DNA of 64,000 nt from Spirochaetaceae bacterium (GTDB lineage Bacteria > Spirochaetota > Spirochaetia > DSM-2461): the NCBI GenBank assembly GCA_051531975.1, contig JAOPTT010000003.1:64001-128000 (forward strand), read 5' to 3'. This document shows positions 19,792-30,235 of this stretch, one piece after another. Within the stretch, counting starts at the first letter, position 1. Each line of letters opens with the position of its first letter. The position numbers and the translations under genes are program-made. Under the pieces are notes generated by a model. That model had not been told where the DNA came from. It ran no database searches and saw only the letters and a program-made list of their open reading frames with translations.

Positions 19792-20877
19792 TCACTTCAA
19801 CTTATCTGGTTCTGTATCAAAAGTTTTATACATATTACTAACTCCAAGATCTTTTTGCTTCAAATTTATTATTAGCTTTAAGGTTGAAACACCAAATGGT
19901 AGTTGTGCAACTCCAGTATCTGTTCCAGTGGTGGTAACAACAAAAACAGGCTGCTTCTTATATGAATTATTCTTTTTACCTTTTACAACATTAATTAGAT
20001 TCTTTGCTAACATCCCACCCTGAACAGTCGCTACATAACCATTTTTATTAGAATTATCAAGATTAGAGCAGTCTCCCAAAGCGAAAATATTATCGAACCC
20101 CTCAACCTTCATGTAGCTATCAACCTTAACTAAACCCTTTTCATCAAGAATATTTGGCATTTCAGCCCGTATAAACTCTGTATTAGGAACCATTCCAATA
20201 CAAACATATACTATGTCTGCATTGATCGTCTCGTTACTGTTTTTACATCGATAAATGTCACCATCTTTCTCGAACCTACGGTTAAATTTTACATTTACCC
20301 CTCTATTTGTTAGTTGTTCTAATGCAGTTTGTTGCATCTTTGGCTTAAAGTTATCTAGTAGATTATCAGTTCCATGGGCTAATGTGATCTTCTTCTCAGG
20401 GAAAGCAGACGCTATTTCTCCTGCGAACTCAACACCAACAACTCCACCTCCAATAATAAGAACCGAATCAGCAGATTTTAAAGACTTGTGTTCTTTTAAT
20501 ATCTCTTTATTTCGCTCTTCGTAGTCGAATTTAGAATTAGACTTTGTCAATGGCAGTGTAGGATAACGACTTCCTGTAGAAATAACTGCACTTTTAAAAC
20601 TAATAGTATTTCCATTAGACAATTTTACTTCTTTATCGTTCATAGACTCTACATTGCCTTGAATGAATACCCCATTTATAAAATCATTATACATTTTACG
20701 TGGTGTATTACCGACTTTTTGAGGATTGGTTATATTACGTAACATTGCAAAAGTCACTTCAAAATAGTTTTTTTTATCAATTAGTATAGTATCGATACCA
20801 CTCTTTGCTAGTTTCTGGGCTATTGTTACTCCAGCGAAACCGCCACCAATAATTAGTACATCTGTTTGTTTGTTCAT
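19792..20877 (-). CDS. FAD-dependent pyridine nucleotide oxidoreductase (AIF/AMID/FSP1-like)
   Basis: GGGFAG, GGGVVGVEFAGEI, IFALGD. Confidence 0.85.
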   Translation of the reverse strand: MNKQTDVLIIGGGFAGVTIAQKLAKSGIDTILIDKKNYFEVTFAMLRNITNPQKVGNTPRKMYNDFINGVFIQGNVESMNDKEVKLSNGNTISFKSAVISTGSRYPTLPLTKSNSKFDYEERNKEILKEHKSLKSADSVLIIGGGVVGVEFAGEIASAFPEKKITLAHGTDNLLDNFKPKMQQTALEQLTNRGVNVKFNRRFEKDGDIYRCKNSNETINADIVYVCIGMVPNTEFIRAEMPNILDEKGLVKVDSYMKVEGFDNIFALGDCSNLDNSNKNGYVATVQGGMLAKNLINVVKGKKNNSYKKQPVFVVTTTGTDTGVAQLPFGVSTLKLIINLKQKDLGVSNMYKTFDTEPDKLK

Positions 20878-21024
20878 GTTTAATACTCCTATAAATATTA
20901 TTAATTTTATATTACTTAACTTAATTTGATAATTGAATACATAATGTTACCTATTTCTTGCACAATCCTCTCAGATAGAGAGAAAAGGGTATATTATTGG
21001 TTATTGATAATATAATATTAAAAT

Positions 21025-21933
21025 ATGAAAATAGATGTTAATAAATTAGATAAATTAAAGAGATTGATTTCTGATCACACAACTATAGAAGAAGGTGTTA
21101 CACAAACTCCATTAAATAATTTTATGTTGTTTAGATCTAGCAATGGACAACCACGTAAACATGAAGTTTATCAGGCATACCTTCTAATTTTAGCTCAGGG
21201 AGAAAAGCAGTTACATATCGGAGGGGAGAAATACAACTTTAAGGCTGGTGATTTTTTAGCAGTATTTATGCCTATGTTGTTGGAAGCAGAAAGGGTTGAT
21301 GTTCCAAAAGATGAACCATATCTTATGTGTTGTATCGAAATAGATCTTATTAAAATTGCCAATATCCTACTGAAGCTAGATGCTCATAATCCTTCTAGTA
21401 TATCTAACGAGTTAGCAGAAGCATCATCTTACTATTTAGGACCGATGGGTTATAACTTGTTAGATCCAGTTATACGTTTACTCGAAACACTTAAAAACCC
21501 TAGAGATACTGCGATATTAGGAGAATCCATTATAGATGAGATATATTATAGGCTCCTTACTGATGACAAAGTTGGGTTAGGCTCTTTGCGCCGGCACTTA
21601 GAACAACATGGACAAATTCAAGAAATTGCCCGTTCTGTAAATCATATTCAAGGGAATTTAAAAGAAAATGTCTCAGTGGAACAATTAGCAAAGCTATCTA
21701 ATATGAGTGTTTCTGGGTTTCATAGAACATTTAAAACAGTGATGCATACAACACCTATACAGTACGCTAAAACACTTAAGCTACACAGATCCAAAGCATT
21801 AATAAAAGAAGGTCAAACAGCGAATGAAGCTAGTATGTCCGTAGGGTATAATAGTGCAGCACAATTTAGTAGAGAATATAAACGTTTTTTTGGTACTACA
21901 CCATTGGAAACAAAGCTTTCTGTAAATGTATAA
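21025..21933 (+). CDS. AraC family regulator with AraC_N domain (YqhC-like)
   Basis: ILAQGEK, EIYYRLL, MSVSGFHRTFK, VGYNSAAQFSREYKRFFG. Confidence 0.9.
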   Translation: MKIDVNKLDKLKRLISDHTTIEEGVTQTPLNNFMLFRSSNGQPRKHEVYQAYLLILAQGEKQLHIGGEKYNFKAGDFLAVFMPMLLEAERVDVPKDEPYLMCCIEIDLIKIANILLKLDAHNPSSISNELAEASSYYLGPMGYNLLDPVIRLLETLKNPRDTAILGESIIDEIYYRLLTDDKVGLGSLRRHLEQHGQIQEIARSVNHIQGNLKENVSVEQLAKLSNMSVSGFHRTFKTVMHTTPIQYAKTLKLHRSKALIKEGQTANEASMSVGYNSAAQFSREYKRFFGTTPLETKLSVNV

Positions 21934-21957
21934 GAAAATTTACAGATATTATTGAAC

Positions 21958-22053
21958 TTAATTTATTACATCCATAGCTTTCTCTATCTCTGTTTTAAGC
22001 GTATTTATTTGTTTTACTTTTATATCAGGAATGACACCGACACCTTCCCAATT
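21958..22053 (-). pseudogene. C-terminal remnant of an S41-family peptidase
   Basis: Minus-strand translation NWEGVGVIPDIKVKQINTLKTEIEKAMDVIN*; no N-terminal part. Confidence 0.55.
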
Positions 22054-22177
22054 AGGGTATATTCGAAATACATTTCCTGGTTAAAACAAATACTGGGACT
22101 TTTGGACGTCTTTTCCCTTTGATACTGTATTTGAACTTATTAATTATGCATATTTTGTAATCCACAACCATTTGGGG

Positions 22178-22286
22178 GTATAGCGTCCTATAAGGTGCGA
22201 ACTTGCCACGAAGTGTTACTGTAGTTTCTGCATTTTTCTTGCAGAAACTATAACAAAAGTCTGCCACTTACAATAGTTTGTTAAAC
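22178..22286 (-). mobile_element. Degenerate integron attC-like site downstream of the DJ-1 gene
   Basis: Minus strand GTTTAAC ... TGTTA-TAGTTTCTGCA-loop-TGCAGAAACTA-CAG-TAACA ... GCTATAC; begins 13 bp after the stop codon. Confidence 0.5.
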
Positions 22287-22299
22287 CGCCAAACCCATA

Positions 22300-22938
22300 T
22301 TATTTACTGTCCAAAGATTCCATCAATTGTAAAAAGTACTTTGAATCTTTTAAACTATATAAATTATACCAGGCTTCTAGCGTCTCTTTATTCATGACAT
22401 CTAATTTCTTTAAGATTTCATATGTGAATTCTAATGGTGCAAGCCATGAAGCAGTTATTAAATTATTGTTAACAACAACACTATTAGTTGAATAAAAAGC
22501 ACTACCAGTATAATCGGTACAAATCATTTCTAAATAATTTAGATCATTACTTGTATGTTTTTGATTATTTAAAATTCCTAACTGTGCAAGAAAAATGGTA
22601 GCTCCACAAATGGCTGCAACATTTATTTTTTTATTAATAAAATCCTTAAGTCTACTAATTAAACAGTTATCATCAATCTTTTGCCAATTATCTGAACCAG
22701 GTAATATTAATAAATCCCCTTCCTTAAAATTAATTTTAGAAATTTCAATATCAGGCTCTATTATAGTTCCACCCATTGTTTTTATGGGATTTAAAGTTTT
22801 ACTAATAAATTTAAAATTCAAATTATTATTTTCAGAAAGAAACCTCTTACTTTTTAGTTCTGCAGTTAAATATCCAATTTCCCAATCAGCAAGACCATCT
22901 AGAATGTACATATAGCAATTTTTATCTTTATCTATCAT
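22300..22938 (-). CDS. DJ-1/PfpI family protein (YdeA-like)
   Basis: LADWEIGY, LILPGS, VAAICGAT, HTSN. Confidence 0.9.
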   Translation of the reverse strand: MIDKDKNCYMYILDGLADWEIGYLTAELKSKRFLSENNNLNFKFISKTLNPIKTMGGTIIEPDIEISKINFKEGDLLILPGSDNWQKIDDNCLISRLKDFINKKINVAAICGATIFLAQLGILNNQKHTSNDLNYLEMICTDYTGSAFYSTNSVVVNNNLITASWLAPLEFTYEILKKLDVMNKETLEAWYNLYSLKDSKYFLQLMESLDSK

Positions 22939-23198
22939 AATTTATTACTCCAACGTTTTAACTTTGGTAATAATAATTCTAAATTTTTTCTTGCTTCAGT
23001 ATCAGTAATCCCCTCTTTCACCATAAAGGGGATGCAGCTAATTATCATTTCTTCTAATGTTTCATCAGGTTTGTTAAAATTACCATTAACATAACAAAAT
23101 TTACAATATTCTTCACTTTTAATTCCATTCGATTCAAGACCAAACAAGCTTTCATCACTAAGTGGCATTCCACAACTTTGACATAATTCTTGGCTCAT
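22935..23198 (-). CDS. Putative zinc-ribbon domain protein
   Basis: CQSCGMPL...YCKFCY...LPKLKRW. Confidence 0.88.
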   Translation of the reverse strand: MSQELCQSCGMPLSDESLFGLESNGIKSEEYCKFCYVNGNFNKPDETLEEMIISCIPFMVKEGITDTEARKNLELLLPKLKRWSNKL

Positions 23199-23238
23199 GT
23201 TTTTCTCCTTTAATATGTGAGAAGTCTACAATAGCAAT

Positions 23239-23258
23239 TACGACAACAGTGTGTCATA
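23239..23258. promoter_or_regulatory. Putative operator of the YafY/WYL regulator
   Basis: tacgaca-acagtg-tgtcata palindrome between the regulator and its downstream genes. Confidence 0.55.
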
Positions 23259-24165
23259 GATTATAAATTTTAATACTTTTTTTTAATCTATTAACGATGA
23301 CCTTTCTTAAAGATTCAGGTTCAATTATTTCAACTTCATGACTTAAGCTCAATAACACTGAATAAAGCCATTCATCTATTGGAAAAGAGCATTTTAGTAT
23401 TACATTACCATCTTTATCTAAAGTTTCATCAATAGGATCAAGATAATCGGGGATCCTTCCATACATTGAAGGAATAAATTTTAAGATTATATCGGTTGAA
23501 CTTCTTGTCATATCAATTTGATCAGGTTCAATTGGCTTTATATCTGCTCGTTCAGTAAAAGTATTTTCTAATTCAATATCAAACATTCTTTTAGTATTAA
23601 ATATTCTATAATCATTTCTTAATGTGCAGTAAGCATAAAGATACCAAGAATTACCTTTCATTATTATAGTATATGGCTCAACTTTTCTTTTTGTTCTTTT
23701 TTTATGTAAATCAGTATAGTTAAATATTAAAATTCTATTCTTTTCAGTTGCTAAATATATATCATCAAGTTTTTCATTTTGTCTTTTATTATTTCCCCAG
23801 GGTTTAGTATCGATTAATAATTTTCTGCTTGAACTATTATTCTCATTCATACTAGAAAACTTGTTTAATAAATCACGGACAGAACCTTTAAATAATGTAT
23901 CTTTAAAACTACCCAGTATCTCTACTAAAGTATTTATTTCTTTCTGAGATATATAATTTTTATCCAGTTTATAATTTTCAATAATATGGTAACCACCATT
24001 CTTCCCTACTTCACCATAAATTGGGACTCCAGCATTGCAAAGGTTATCTATATCTCTTTGGATTGTTCTTATTGATACATCAAATGTTTTTGATAATTCC
24101 TCTGCTGTTACTTTCTTTTTTTCAATGATAATTAAAAGAATTGAAACTAATCTATCTATTTTCAT
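23254..24165 (-). CDS. YafY-family HTH-WYL-WCX transcriptional regulator
   Basis: MKIDRL, VSIRTIQRDI, GKNGGY, RKVEPY, WYLYAYC. Confidence 0.92.
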   Translation of the reverse strand: MKIDRLVSILLIIIEKKKVTAEELSKTFDVSIRTIQRDIDNLCNAGVPIYGEVGKNGGYHIIENYKLDKNYISQKEINTLVEILGSFKDTLFKGSVRDLLNKFSSMNENNSSSRKLLIDTKPWGNNKRQNEKLDDIYLATEKNRILIFNYTDLHKKRTKRKVEPYTIIMKGNSWYLYAYCTLRNDYRIFNTKRMFDIELENTFTERADIKPIEPDQIDMTRSSTDIILKFIPSMYGRIPDYLDPIDETLDKDGNVILKCSFPIDEWLYSVLLSLSHEVEIIEPESLRKVIVNRLKKSIKIYNL

Positions 24166-24303
24166 ATTTAACCCTAAATTTTTGATTTATATTATTTTAA
24201 TAAATATATGCAGTTTTTGATACAATAATTAATGAATAAAACATTAGACTTCTTCTTGGTATAAATGTAACATTATTTGGGGTATTAATAGGAATGGTAT
24301 TAT

Positions 24304-24744
24304 ATGGAAGTAAGAGAAATTTTACATGAAGATCTAGAATCTATTTATAACTTATCTAAGCAATTAGGATACACATATTCAAAAAATAAGATGGATAAAC
24401 GTATTGTAGAATTAATCAAATCAACAAATGATAAGATTTTTGTGGCTTTTGATCCTAGAACTAATTCAGTTACTGGTTATATACATCTTCAAGTATATAA
24501 AACACTGTATTTTGATTCACTACTAAATATTTTAGGTATTGTTGTAGATAAAGATATTCGAAATAAAGGAATCGGATCTCTTTTAATAAACAAAGCAGAG
24601 GAATATGCTAAAAATGAAAGCTGCGTAGGGATAAGGGCTAACTCAGGTTCATCTAGAATTTCTGCCCATAGTTTTTATAGAAAAAGTGGTTTTATGGATG
24701 AAAGTGATCAAAAAAAGTTTATCAAAATATTTTCAGAAACCTGA
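24304..24744 (+). CDS. GNAT family N-acetyltransferase (PhnO-like)
   Basis: VVDKDIRNKGIGSLL, AHSFYRKSGF. Confidence 0.88.
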   Translation: MEVREILHEDLESIYNLSKQLGYTYSKNKMDKRIVELIKSTNDKIFVAFDPRTNSVTGYIHLQVYKTLYFDSLLNILGIVVDKDIRNKGIGSLLINKAEEYAKNESCVGIRANSGSSRISAHSFYRKSGFMDESDQKKFIKIFSET

Positions 24745-24766
24745 CATCATTTGTTACAATACAACA

Positions 24767-24795
24767 CCCTTTTGTATAAAAGATATACAAAAGGG
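24767..24795. terminator. Bidirectional terminator hairpin
   Basis: cccttttgtat...atacaaaaggg between convergent genes. Confidence 0.6.
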
Positions 24796-24804
24796 ATATA
24801 AAAT

Positions 24805-26157
24805 TTAGGTTATGTTTATATCTAAACCTTCAACATCTAAAATGTCTTTTTTAATAATCTCTCTAAGTTCACTCTTAATAGTAATTAAATCGATGTTATT
24901 AATTAAGTTCTCTTTTTCAAAGGGATCATTTTCTAGGTCGTAAAGAAAAATCTCTTTATAATTCACTCCCCCGCTGGTATTCCATCCTGTGTCCTTCTCT
25001 GTATCAGGAATGGAGATTTCATACTTCCACTTTTTTGTCCGTATAGCCCGGCCAATGTGGTTTTCACTTATCTCAAGATATACATGTTCTCGCCAATTGT
25101 CATTTACACCATCAATTAGAGACTGAAGAGGTGCTCCTCTCATATATGATGGAACAGGAATATCAGCTGCGGCAAGAAAAGTAGCGGGTAGATCTATGAG
25201 ACTTACAAGATCATCGTTAACCAACCCTCCCCTGAATCCAGGGCCACATATAACCAATGGAATATGGATACTAGAATCATGACAGGAGCGCTTATATTCC
25301 AAGTTTCTTGTTCGAAAGTGTGACCCATGATCTGAGGAAAAAATTATAAGAGTATTTTCATCCAGTCCAATATCTTTTAACTTCTCCCTTATACGGCCAA
25401 GATTTTGATCTAGACTATTACAACATCCAAGATAGTCTGGATACTCCTCTCTCCATGATCCTTTGGTTCCTTTTAAATCCCCTGGTACTGTAAAATCTGC
25501 AAACTTTTCTTTTGAATCCTTAGGACCGATGCTAACATTCATATCATTCTGGTGGTGTGGTTCAATATATGAAAGAAATAGGAAAAAGGGATTATCATCA
25601 TTTTGTCTATCAAGGAAATCTAGAGCCCAATCTGTCTGTGCATCCGGCCTAAACTGGTCTTTAAACTCTTTTTTATTCCCATTAATATCAAACATATGCC
25701 CTTCGAAGGGATGGGATGTAAATTCTAATACATCGGAAGCAATCCACTCGTCTTTCCAGCCACCACGGTAGGCTTTATCAATAGCTTTGATACTATAGTC
25801 AGGATATATTTTAGCAGTTTCTGACTTAGGATCACTTTTAGTTGTTGCTAGGTGCCATTTCCCGATATACCCTGTTTTATAGAAATTCTCATTAAAGTAG
25901 TGTGCAATTGTTTTTTCATCCTGGGGCAGGTGTATTGAATTCCTGAAACAACCTGTTTCTGTGGCATATTTCCCTGTTTGAAGACTGGATCTTGCAGGGC
26001 CACAAACTGGCTGACAGGTAAATGCTTTTGAGAAACGCACTCCCTCCCTGGCCATTTTATCCAGTTCCGGAGTAACATTTAAATCCTGTCCGTAACATCC
26101 ACATGTATCAGCTCTCTGCTGATCTGTAAAAAAAAATACTATATTTGGCTTTTTCAT
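24805..26157 (-). CDS. Cys-type sulfatase (cytoplasmic)
   Basis: KPNIVFFFTDQQR, CGPARSSLQTG (CxPxR), GKWHL, SDHG. Confidence 0.92.
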   Translation of the reverse strand: MKKPNIVFFFTDQQRADTCGCYGQDLNVTPELDKMAREGVRFSKAFTCQPVCGPARSSLQTGKYATETGCFRNSIHLPQDEKTIAHYFNENFYKTGYIGKWHLATTKSDPKSETAKIYPDYSIKAIDKAYRGGWKDEWIASDVLEFTSHPFEGHMFDINGNKKEFKDQFRPDAQTDWALDFLDRQNDDNPFFLFLSYIEPHHQNDMNVSIGPKDSKEKFADFTVPGDLKGTKGSWREEYPDYLGCCNSLDQNLGRIREKLKDIGLDENTLIIFSSDHGSHFRTRNLEYKRSCHDSSIHIPLVICGPGFRGGLVNDDLVSLIDLPATFLAAADIPVPSYMRGAPLQSLIDGVNDNWREHVYLEISENHIGRAIRTKKWKYEISIPDTEKDTGWNTSGGVNYKEIFLYDLENDPFEKENLINNIDLITIKSELREIIKKDILDVEGLDINIT

Positions 26158-26228
26158 ATTTAAATTATGACTGATTATTTTATATTTAACATTGAAGAAT
26201 ACTACAATTTATTACACTATAATACAGT

Positions 26229-27080
26229 ATGGATGATTTTGATAAGGTTTATGAGAAGTTAAAAAACTGTTTTAATAAAAATGGAGCTGATAATGTAATT
26301 TATGCATCACCTGTAAAATCTCCACCACCACCAAAGAGCTATTACAGCCATAACCATAGGCTTGCAATACCAATTAGTGGGATTCATTCAATGGTCATTT
26401 CTAGTACAGATTTAGGACATAACAACATATATCCAAAACCCGGCGATGTAACATTTATGCCCATGGGATCCTGGAACCAACCTGACTGGTTAAAACCTGT
26501 CGAGGTTATTACATTTATTTTTGAACCGGATAAAATAATAGTAAGCTATGTAAATAATATGATAGAGACTGAAGGTAAAGTTCTAAACAGATTCTCCCTT
26601 CCAAAAGTTCCCAGAAATATAACGACCCTACTGAATCTCATAGAACTAAAAGAGCCATCTGATATAGAGAAGCTTTCAAATTTGAAAAACAGACTATTAA
26701 TAAACGTTTTAATAATAGAACTAATTGAAGATCTAAAAAAAAGAGAGAAGTTAGGAAAGCATAACAAAGTATCAGGATGTCATGGTATATGTTTGCATTT
26801 AGATGAGTTCTACTCCGACAACTGTTCCAGGGATACAATTGCCAACATTTTCTCCCTGACCCCTAACTATATTTCCAATTTATTTAGAAAGGAAACTGGA
26901 TACAGTTATTCAGAATATGTTAATAATTTAAGAGTAAAACATAGTTGCCGTTTATTAAAAGATACAAATGCCACTCTTGATGAAATCTCAGCTTCCTGCG
27001 GTTTCTCCAGTACAACTTATTTCTGCCGTGTATTTCGAAAGATAACAGGTAAAAGGCCAGGAGAGATTAGAAAAGAGTGA
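26229..27080 (+). CDS. AraC family transcriptional regulator
   Basis: C-terminal double HTH (YISNLFRKETG, CGFSSTTYFCRVF); divergent from the sulfatase. Confidence 0.9.
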   Translation: MDDFDKVYEKLKNCFNKNGADNVIYASPVKSPPPPKSYYSHNHRLAIPISGIHSMVISSTDLGHNNIYPKPGDVTFMPMGSWNQPDWLKPVEVITFIFEPDKIIVSYVNNMIETEGKVLNRFSLPKVPRNITTLLNLIELKEPSDIEKLSNLKNRLLINVLIIELIEDLKKREKLGKHNKVSGCHGICLHLDEFYSDNCSRDTIANIFSLTPNYISNLFRKETGYSYSEYVNNLRVKHSCRLLKDTNATLDEISASCGFSSTTYFCRVFRKITGKRPGEIRKE

Positions 27081-27167
27081 TTATTTTACTTGTCCTCAAC
27101 ATTAAAACTTCATTACATATTTAGAATATATATGGAGTTACTTACTGTTTTTATGGTAAAAGAACTC

Positions 27168-28568
27168 ATGAGATTAAAAATATTAATATTACTTCTTTTG
27201 ATACTGTCATTTAATAAAGTCTTTGCTCACCCACATATTTATATAAACTACAAAATAGAAATTATTGATGATAACTTTGCAATGATACGCTGGACATTTG
27301 ACCCACTAACATCAGAAAGGAATATTTATACTTTCGATAATAACTCTGATGGAATCTTTGACCGGAGTGAGTCTGAATTATTATATGATGAAGGGTTTAA
27401 AAGTGTTGCAGATTATGGATACTTTATTAGGTTAAGTGTTGGAGATGTAAGCTTTAAAGTAGCTTCTATCTCAAGTTTTTCAGTTAATATTAATAGTGAC
27501 AGAACCTTAACTTACTCTTTTAAAATAGCTCTTCCAAAATTTGTTGATAGTGATCTCTTAACAATTACACATTTTGATACATCATACTTTATCGCTTTTA
27601 AAGAACCGACAGAAGAGAACATTAGTTTTAATAGTCCGCTATATTTTAAAATAGCAAAAAATATAACAAGGCCTTACTACTATGACCCAGCAGCTCCTGC
27701 AGATATAAATCTTGATACTTCAAAACCACAACCAGGATGGCTAAAAGCCTACCCAACAGAAGTAATTATTAGTAAGGAACCAATATCAAAATCCGTAGGG
27801 GATAACAGAGTAACACTTAAGGAAAAACTAATAGAGATTCAGAGGGATGTATACCTAAAGTTATCTAACTATTTAGTCCAAATCAAAAACAAAACATCTA
27901 TTACTATAATTGCTTTAATCCTTCTACTATCGTTTATATACGGCATCGTTCATGCACTAGGGCCTGGGCATAGAAAGGTCGTAATCTCGTCCTACCTGTT
28001 AGCTACAAAAAAAACTACTATTAAAGAGGGTGTTTTCATAAGTATGTTATCGGCTTTAATACACTCAGGGTCAGGGGTTTTACTTATAATTATTTTAACT
28101 AAACTATTCTCTAAAGTTCAACCAAACCTTATTAATAGTTTTACTTTATCCCTTCAAGCTATTAGCTACATCCTACTTCTTATTTTAAGTATCGTATTAT
28201 TAATGATGAAGATTATTAGACTAAAGTCATCAAACAAGGTTCAGGAATCTAAAAGTAGCCTCTGGTTAATATTTATCACAAGCTTCTTCCCCTGCCCTGG
28301 AGCAATAACTATTATGCTTTTTTCCATAACTATAAATATGATTGGGATAGGTATACTTACAGTTCTTGGTATGTCTTTAGGTATAGGAATTACCCTATCT
28401 ATTATTTCTATAATAACCGTTAAGAGTAAAGAAATTTTGACACTTGGGAAAAATAAAGCTTTTATATTTCTAAATAAATATACCCAGTGGTTTGGTTTAA
28501 TTATACTTCTAATATTCTCGGTTTTTATGGTTTGGTCTGGAAGCTACTTCGAAGTAAACTCCCTATAA
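27168..28568 (+). CDS. DUF1007 periplasmic domain fused to NicO/RcnA-type Ni/Co transporter
   Basis: Signal peptide then AHPHIYI; later YGIVHALGPGHRK, FPCPGA and GMSLG motifs. Confidence 0.8.
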   Translation: MRLKILILLLLILSFNKVFAHPHIYINYKIEIIDDNFAMIRWTFDPLTSERNIYTFDNNSDGIFDRSESELLYDEGFKSVADYGYFIRLSVGDVSFKVASISSFSVNINSDRTLTYSFKIALPKFVDSDLLTITHFDTSYFIAFKEPTEENISFNSPLYFKIAKNITRPYYYDPAAPADINLDTSKPQPGWLKAYPTEVIISKEPISKSVGDNRVTLKEKLIEIQRDVYLKLSNYLVQIKNKTSITIIALILLLSFIYGIVHALGPGHRKVVISSYLLATKKTTIKEGVFISMLSALIHSGSGVLLIIILTKLFSKVQPNLINSFTLSLQAISYILLLILSIVLLMMKIIRLKSSNKVQESKSSLWLIFITSFFPCPGAITIMLFSITINMIGIGILTVLGMSLGIGITLSIISIITVKSKEILTLGKNKAFIFLNKYTQWFGLIILLIFSVFMVWSGSYFEVNSL

Positions 28569-28621
28569 TTATTAGTTTTAATGCAATCTTTTATGAGCTA
28601 TAATTGATATTAAGAACATAC

Positions 28622-28933
28622 CTACGAATTATGATTTACCAGTATATGAGTATTTTGTAGGAGCTCTTTTGATCTTCTTATTTTTGCATCTTTTATATAC
28701 ACAGATAATTTTATTCCAGTTAATAATTTATATCTTCTAGATAGATATGGGGAGTTAAAATAAAACTCATCAGCTATTTTTGTTACAGATAGATCACTAG
28801 CTATGTTTTCAGAAATATATTTATTAATTCTAAATATGAGGTTCCTGTTTTCATTTGCTTTATCTAGTCTTAATCCATAACTTATTTTTCTATTAAGTTT
28901 AGGGTAAAATAGTTCTGTTTTATCTTTATTCAT
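28622..28933 (-). pseudogene. Truncated AraC-type HTH fragment
   Basis: YISENIASDLSVTKIA..YLSRRYK..AKIRRSKELL then premature stop; no sensor domain and no second HTH. Confidence 0.65.
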
Positions 28934-28967
28934 AACTCCCCATACATCTTATTATTTTCATTTATCT

Positions 28968-30095
28968 TTATTCATATCTATTAACAACTTTAGGGATATT
29001 GCCATTTCTAATGGATTCTGTTGCCATAACACCAGCTGCAACTGCATTTCTAGCAGCAATAGGAGATGTATTTGGTTCTTTATTAAAACGGATGTAATCA
29101 ATAAATCGATTTACAATTTCCACATCAGCAACTTCATGTCCCGCTTCATTACCATTAAGGTTATAAATAATATCTGGCTGACCAAAGACATCTGTTCTTT
29201 TAGTATAAACTTCTACAGTACTATTCCCTGAATCTCCTCTGTTTTCTATCCGACCTTTAGTTCCTATAAAAGTATAACTTCTCCAGGCATCAGGAGCGTA
29301 ATGACACTGTGTATAAGAGGCCTGAACACCATTATCAAGCTGCATTAAAATCATATTATGATCTTCCACGTCTATAACTAGGGAGAGGTTATCCTGTTTT
29401 TCTGCAGGCCATATATCCGGTCTAAAGCTAGCAACACCCCGCTCATCGGCATTTCTTCTTTTACACTTATCATAAACACTAAGTTTTCCCATTCCTACTA
29501 CAGATTCAGTATAACCACCTGCAAGCCAATGTATAACATCAATATCATGTGCTCCTTTCTGTAAAAGTAGACCTGTTGTATTTTTTTGTTCTGAGTGCCA
29601 ATCTTTAAAATAAGCATCCCCTCCATATGATATAAAGTGCCTGCACCATACAGCTTGAATTTCTCCTATTGTTCCTTCATCAATTATTTTTTTCATTGTT
29701 AAAATAGAGTCCATATGCCTCATATTGTGCCCAAGGTATAGTTTTTGTCCTGTTTTTTTTACAGTATCAAGAATACGATCACAACCCTCTATTGTTATTG
29801 CCATTGGTTTCTCTAGAAATACATCCTTACCTGCTTCTAAAGATGCAATTGCATGTTCCTCATGTAAATTGTCCGGACTACATATCATGACCGCATCTAT
29901 ATCTTTTGATTTTAGAAGAATTCTATAATCTTCATACAGATCTGCATCTGGATATTTTTCAGAAAAGTTATCCCGGGCATCCTTATAAGGATCAGCTCCT
30001 GCAGTAACAAAAACATTTAATTCAGGATTATGAGCGTGTTTTGAGATATCACTTCTTAATCCGATACCGATTATTCCAATTTTAATTTCTTTCAT
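28968..30095 (-). CDS. Gfo/Idh/MocA family oxidoreductase
   Basis: IGIIGIG, VFLEKPMA, GLLLQKGAHDID. Confidence 0.9.
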   Translation of the reverse strand: MKEIKIGIIGIGLRSDISKHAHNPELNVFVTAGADPYKDARDNFSEKYPDADLYEDYRILLKSKDIDAVMICSPDNLHEEHAIASLEAGKDVFLEKPMAITIEGCDRILDTVKKTGQKLYLGHNMRHMDSILTMKKIIDEGTIGEIQAVWCRHFISYGGDAYFKDWHSEQKNTTGLLLQKGAHDIDVIHWLAGGYTESVVGMGKLSVYDKCKRRNADERGVASFRPDIWPAEKQDNLSLVIDVEDHNMILMQLDNGVQASYTQCHYAPDAWRSYTFIGTKGRIENRGDSGNSTVEVYTKRTDVFGQPDIIYNLNGNEAGHEVADVEIVNRFIDYIRFNKEPNTSPIAARNAVAAGVMATESIRNGNIPKVVNRYE

Positions 30096-30235
30096 TTTGT
30101 TCTCCGATATAATTAAAATTACTACAGTATTTCCAATATACAAATGACATATAGTGTATAAATTTTAACAATAAGTGTATTTATAATTTAGAGATAATCA
30201 TTTGGGAATATTAAAATATAGGAACAATACTAAAT

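Noticed and set aside
22052..22267. 71-aa ORF
   Set aside because: Runs through the attC-like palindrome, with no RBS or protein motif.
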